Positions 58,778-64,000 of a DNA stretch of 64,000 bases are shown here, piece after piece (positions within the stretch are counted from its first letter, which is position 1; each line of letters begins with the position of its first letter). The stretch spans positions 19,716,001 to 19,780,000 of the forward strand of contig OX597837.1 in the NCBI GenBank assembly GCA_951406725.2, read 5' to 3'. This DNA is from Octopus vulgaris (taxonomy: Eukaryota). The notes beneath the pieces were generated by a model that saw nothing but the letters and a program-made list of their open reading frames with translations, ran no database searches and was not told the origin of the DNA. Position numbers and translations under genes: made by a program.

Positions 58778-58817
<40 letters not shown>

Positions 58818-58933
58818 TACTGTATTATTTAGTATAGTAATTTTTAGTACAATATTAATAATATATTTAAATTTATATTTTATTTTAGATATCTTTCATT
58901 ATTAATAGAATTACTTTATGGAGGTTCTATCTC

Positions 58934-59007
<74 letters not shown>

Positions 59008-59029
59008 GTATATATTATTTATATTATTA

Positions 59030-60543
59030 TTTAACTGAACGCCACGTATCCATTTCCAAGTTAGATTATCTTAACCTTTTTGATGCGACTCTACTCTATA
59101 CTGTTTTCTCCCCCATCCTTCTCTAATTCCCTTTTTGTCCCCTTCACCGTTTTCTATTTGTCTTTCTCCCCCTCTCTCCCATCTTCCTCTTTTCTCCCTC
59201 TTGTTGCTCACACGTGACCATCGTCAATCTTTCTTTCCCTCACGTGACCATCTTTCTCCTCTTACACGACGTTCTAAGGACTGGACGTTTTCTTTCTCTC
59301 TCTTCTATTTTTTCTCTTGTCAAAGAAAATATTTCTCCAAGCGTTCACTATTTTCCTCTCGTTCTGGTCTAACCATTCTCCATGTTTGTTGGTGGCCGGA
59401 TCCTCTACTGGATCCGGCAATCATGTCACATAATAAGCCAATACGAAGGAGTATAATTCAAAGTTTTATGCAGCTGAATTCCAGGAGTCCAATCGATGAA
59501 ATTTTTTCTTCTGAAGCTTACAGACCATGAAAAGTCATAGAATTGAAGCATTAGTGTAAACCATGCTATTCTGGTGACCTAAAGAGCCAGCTTTCTAAAT
59601 CTGCATTGATTTGTAAACGTATTGTACAATGCGTAGCATGCATATTCTCCGTTACGATAAGATCAGCAAAGGACTCCATCCGGTGGGAGATATTGTTTAA
59701 TGTATACAACATATAGTTATGCACAATCAGGTTTTAATAACCTAGTCTCTCCAAGCAATGTTCAGGCTCTAAGCATATAGCCTGTACAAGTTGCAAATCA
59801 GGTCAATAGAACAAGAGCAGCACTACGCGATAACCTAACCGAAAAGAAGAATAGCATTGGGTTATGCGTAGGTAATTTCAAAAGATGCTATGCTAATCAC
59901 CTATCTTCTTTCCGGGACATGGATAAAAGCAAAACCACTAAGTTGGCTAACCACGCATGGGATTTGAAGACCAACTTCACGTCACATACAATCAAGTGGA
60001 AGATCATAGAAAAATCCATGCCCTATGTTAATAAATTGAAAAGAAATGCAAGTTACGAGAAGCTGAAAGATCGCATATCTATTTTAGATCTAAGAATTCC
60101 ACCGTACTGCTGAATTCCAGACCAGAAATTGTCAGCAAATGCAAACATATCAACAAGTTTCCTTTGATGAACTGGAGAACACCACCCTCTCCGGACTGAG
60201 TAGCTGTATCACAGAATTTAGGCACCAATTAGCTTTATAGTTTTATGGCTTTAAAATCAAAGATATATAATTCTAATACTCTGCTTTCTTTTTTCCTTTC
60301 TTTTTCCGTTTCTTTCACCCTTCCACTTTTTGCATTCATCTTCCACTCGTTTATTCTCAAAGTTTCTTTTGTTCTATCGTCCTGATTTGCAACTTGTATA
60401 TGTCATGAGGTCAAAAGTTAGAAATGTATATTTCACTCCAAGTTAGATGCTGGTGGCATTATGGTGTGTTGCAAGTAGTTCACACACATTGGTGAAGACA
60501 AATAAAGTTTCTTGTTACACTCCGTCTTCCATATCAGTCATTT
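59030..60543 (+). mobile_element. Penelope-like element remnant with GIY-YIG endonuclease C-terminus (about 59760-60199)
   Basis: SIGLCVGNFKRCYANHLSSFR..TTKLANHAWDLK..IKWKIIEKSMPY; after a frameshift LLNSRPEIVSKCKHINKF; flanked by (TA)n. Confidence 0.75.
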
Positions 60544-60579
60544 TATATATATATATATATATACTTACACATATATGTA

Positions 60580-60665
<86 letters not shown>

Positions 60666-60708
60666 TGACTGATATGGAAGACGGAGTGTAACAAGAAACT
60701 TTATTTGT
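60498..60708. repeat. 46-bp perfect inverted repeat flanking a (TA)n tract
   Basis: 60498-60543 is the reverse complement of 60663-60708. Confidence 0.92.
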
Positions 60709-60872
60709 ATAACTTTATTTGTATAATATATTATTTGTATAACCACTCCATCAGGTCACACTAGGAGATGGGATACTCAGGTGGTAGCAGGCAGAGAGAA
60801 ACATATGAGCTTTTGAGAGTGCATTCGGAGGCTTTTTCCCAAAACAAACTAAACGTATATGTCTGTGTGTAT

Positions 60873-60930
<58 letters not shown>

Positions 60931-61519
60931 TCGTGCTAAAGTTTGTGTGGTATAGATATTCGCCATGCAGTGCCCAGCTAAATCCTAAACTTCAACACCA
61001 ACTCTTTTATCCAGAAGAGGTAGCGCTTACGTAGAAAGTTGGCTACGGGGACATTCTTCGTCGAGCAAGCATGGAAGTAGAAAAGGCAAGAGAACGAAAG
61101 TACGCATAAGGAGTGAATGTATATAGACACGTTTAAAAAGAAATGAGGGATGTCCTAATCATGTGAATCATATAATAAGGTCTAATCGACTTGTCTGTTT
61201 TGGCGTGACACGGGTTTTCAGTGATCCGTGATGCAAATCCAATAGTAAAAGAGATATGAGAGGTTGGGGAGGGTTAATTGAGAGGATAGAGGGAATAATG
61301 GGATGGATAGAGCAGGGTAGGATTGCTGAGGTGGAGTCCCTCGGTAAAAGGCGTCGGTTAAAGGCACCAAGAAAAAAATAGATATAATTGAATATAAAAA
61401 TAAGGAGGTAGGCTAGATCAAAAAGAAGCCTATGTCCAGTGATAGGGAAATAAAGAGTGAGAAATAAAAATGTGTTGGGCGGTCGATATGGAGATTCATG
61501 AAGACTCAAGTAGGTTGTC

Positions 61520-61771
61520 CAGTGGTTCTCAATGGGTGTCGATTATGACCTTTGGGGATTCACATAAGATTTTGCCGATAAAATTTATCTGCAATAAATT
61601 GGTTATACTTCTATAATACAGAAAATATTTTAACAAATTTTAAAATTCAATTCTTAATATTTAATTTTAAAACTATAATAGGATTTTTTAAACATCGAAT
61701 GGCTATTAGGGTCCACCTGAATAACATAGAGATCAAAAGGGTCCGTAAATAAGTAACGGTTGAGAAACTCA
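61520..61771. mobile_element. hAT-type MITE inserted in the probable 3' region of the second Penelope-like remnant
   Basis: CAGTGGTTCTCAA start, ggttgagaaac end; related to 24353 and 38334. Confidence 0.62.
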
Positions 61772-62149
61772 GTAAACGAAGGTGGGTCAAGAAGAGAAGT
61801 AAAAGAGAAGATAAAGAAGTTATAAAGGAGAAGCTAACGGGATATTAATAGCACCGAGAACACAGATTAGCATATTGGGGAGAGGCAGTAGATGTAGGGC
61901 GCGGTGATAAGAGAGAGAGAAGAAGGGGGAAGGACGGGAAGACTAAGTGTGGTTAAATTTAACGCTGCAAGAATGCAGTCGTTCAGGAGGAATTATTACA
62001 GTTAAGGGTTGAGCAGAGAGGGAAGTTTAATTAGTTCGATGAGAATATAAAGATTTATAGTAATGAGGAGAGAACGTTCAGTAATATTTATGGCGGCACA
62101 TGGTATTTACGTGAGAGAAGAGATTAAGGGGAGAGAAAACACTTTGTGA

Positions 62150-62500
62150 TGTCATATAGAGGGACTCACGGCAGTATATGCAACTGTGTTGTTAGTTTCT
62201 CGTATTCGGAATTCTATTACCAATTTTGGACCAGGAAACGTTTTATAGAATATCTTTAGCATTGAGGCAGTGGGTGTGTGTGGCCAGGATGGTTGACTGT
62301 TTCCTAGTAATATCTGAGAAAGCGCTCGAATGTGCAAAAAACAAAAATAAAAGAAAACAAAAAAGAAATGGCGTTTCAAGTCGACCGTTGCACCAATGTA
62401 AATTCTGGTGAAGTGAATTCATCTGCTGGTAATTGTACATTAACAACCAACCTTATCGCATAAGCAGTTGCCGATGAAAGAGCAATTAGTAGGTACTCTG
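62150..62500 (-). mobile_element. Second Penelope-like GIY-YIG remnant
   Basis: CSFIGNCLCDK..CTITS..RIYIGATVDLKRHF..HSSAFSDITRKQSTILATH..VSWSKI..CIYCRES; stops and frameshifts present. Confidence 0.68.
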
Positions 62501-62716
62501 AAGTTTGCACGGCTTCATACCGCCTGTTATCGATGCTACATTATTAATCGCGTCAGGGTCAACATAGATGGCCACCCTTGATATTGAAGATTACTGTTAC
62601 AATTGTGCAATCATCTGAATGGACTACTCACTGAATTAGCGACTAACTAGTATCACAGTGCTTCACAATAACTCTGGCGAACTTCCAGTTTCCGTCTCTT
62701 CACACAGCTTGGCTAC

Positions 62717-62794
<78 letters not shown>

Positions 62795-62970
62795 TCTGTC
62801 TCTCTTTCTCAATCTGTATTAACATACATATTCTGTCTATATCTTAGGCACGCGTGTAAATGGTTATTTATGCGGGGGTTCATCATACACCTATGTGCAT
62901 GAACATGCATACACAAAACTATGTAAACCTACATATTTCTGGGAGTGACTTTTACCCCTCAAACTATGTA

Positions 62971-63196
62971 CAGTAATCCCTCGCCATATCGCGGTTCACC
63001 TATCGCAATTTATTATTTAAGCTTACGTCGATTCCTCCGTGGTGTTCTTTTGCATTTACAATAAAACAAATATATACAAATTATAAAAATAATAAAAAAA
63101 AAAGTTATACAGTACAGTCCTCTTTCTACTTCGCGGATTTTCATCTATCGCGGGTTGGTTTGGAAATTAACACCCGCAATAGTCGAGGGATTATTG
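62971..63196. mobile_element. pogo/Tigger-type MITE, 226 bp
   Basis: TIRs CAGTAATCCCTCG / CGAGGGATTATTG; TA on both sides. Confidence 0.85.
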
Positions 63197-63585
63197 TATT
63201 CCATTTCTAAATATTTTTTCGATGTGACATTTTTCATATACATAAATGCTTTCCCAAATAAAATTATTTCACTTTTAAGCTACAAGGTGATACACAAGCA
63301 CTCAACTCTGAGTACATTTCTTATAACAGAAACAGCTGTGAGCAAATGTAGTTCATTACATAATCTCTTGTTCCCTAGTTTTATATATATAAAAACATTT
63401 TTGCATCTTCTATTCAAATCCCACTGAAAATAACTTTGTCATTCATCCCTTCCGAGTAGATAGGATGAATTACCAGTCAAGTAATGGAGATGATGTAATC
63501 GTCTTGCCTCAACTCCTCAAAATGTTGTGATTTCAAACATTTATATGGGAAACCTTGTTACCAGCCTTATAGGCCTTGGGCACGA

Positions 63586-63649
<64 letters not shown>

Positions 63650-63790
63650 TCCCTTATGTTATGGAGCAGTTACTGTCTATATCTCATTTAGAGAATTATT
63701 ATTGCTGTCGAACAGATTTTCGAAATCAGCAAATGTATTTTGCTTGAAAATCTATATATAAATATCCTGCAGAGTGGGTTGTTCGTCGAG

Positions 63791-63864
63791 GAAGCGGGGG
63801 CCTACCACACGTTGATGATAGGCAATACACCTTGAAACCTAGGTCCGTGTGTGGTTTCCGCTTC
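63791..63864 (+). ncRNA. Type I hammerhead ribozyme motif with extended stem I
   Basis: GAAGCGG..CACACG UUGAUGA uAGG-caauaca-CCUu GAA ACCUAGGU C CGUGUG..CCGCUUC. Confidence 0.72.
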
Positions 63865-64000
63865 ATCGGGGAATTATCTCCCTTTGCAGGATAAAGGACA
63901 CCGTGATGGTGTCAAGCCTATCTGGCGACGTTGATGTTCGCCTGGAGCTAAATGCAACAGTAACACCCCCACCACCCTGCCCTGTCCCTAGCCATATTCA

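Noticed and set aside
61185-61230. Minus-strand CUGAAAA..AAAAC motif in the probable tail of the second PLE remnant
   Set aside because: Both core halves are mutated and the stems are weak.

Overview
This is 64 kb of eukaryotic, AT-rich DNA saturated with microsatellites: (TA)n, (CA)n, (TACA)n, (TAGA)n, (AAT)n and (GAT)n. The SINE families and repeat texture strongly suggest an octopus or other coleoid cephalopod genome (inference). No host protein-coding gene can be supported, and almost all listed ORFs are translations of microsatellites. The window is a transposon graveyard. It holds a full-length but frameshifted DD34D mariner nested in a SINE, several other Tc1/mariner fragments, a 5'-truncated Dong/R4 (RLE) LINE in a TAA array, RTE and L1-type fragments, a non-autonomous Helitron, hAT and pogo-type MITEs, many tRNA-headed SINEs, and two Penelope-like GIY-YIG remnants. 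The main unannotated signal is about 10 hammerhead-ribozyme (HHR) motifs read by eye, in short modules between (TA)n tracts. They include a 364-bp tandem unit carrying two minimal type I HHRs (retrozyme/pLTR-like), several U3-A8 compensated cores with palindromic stem III, and a candidate non-circularly permuted, pseudoknotted hammerhead at 42124-42185. Long inverted repeats and a spacerless palindrome accompany them. All structures were derived by manual pairing, and no database search was run.
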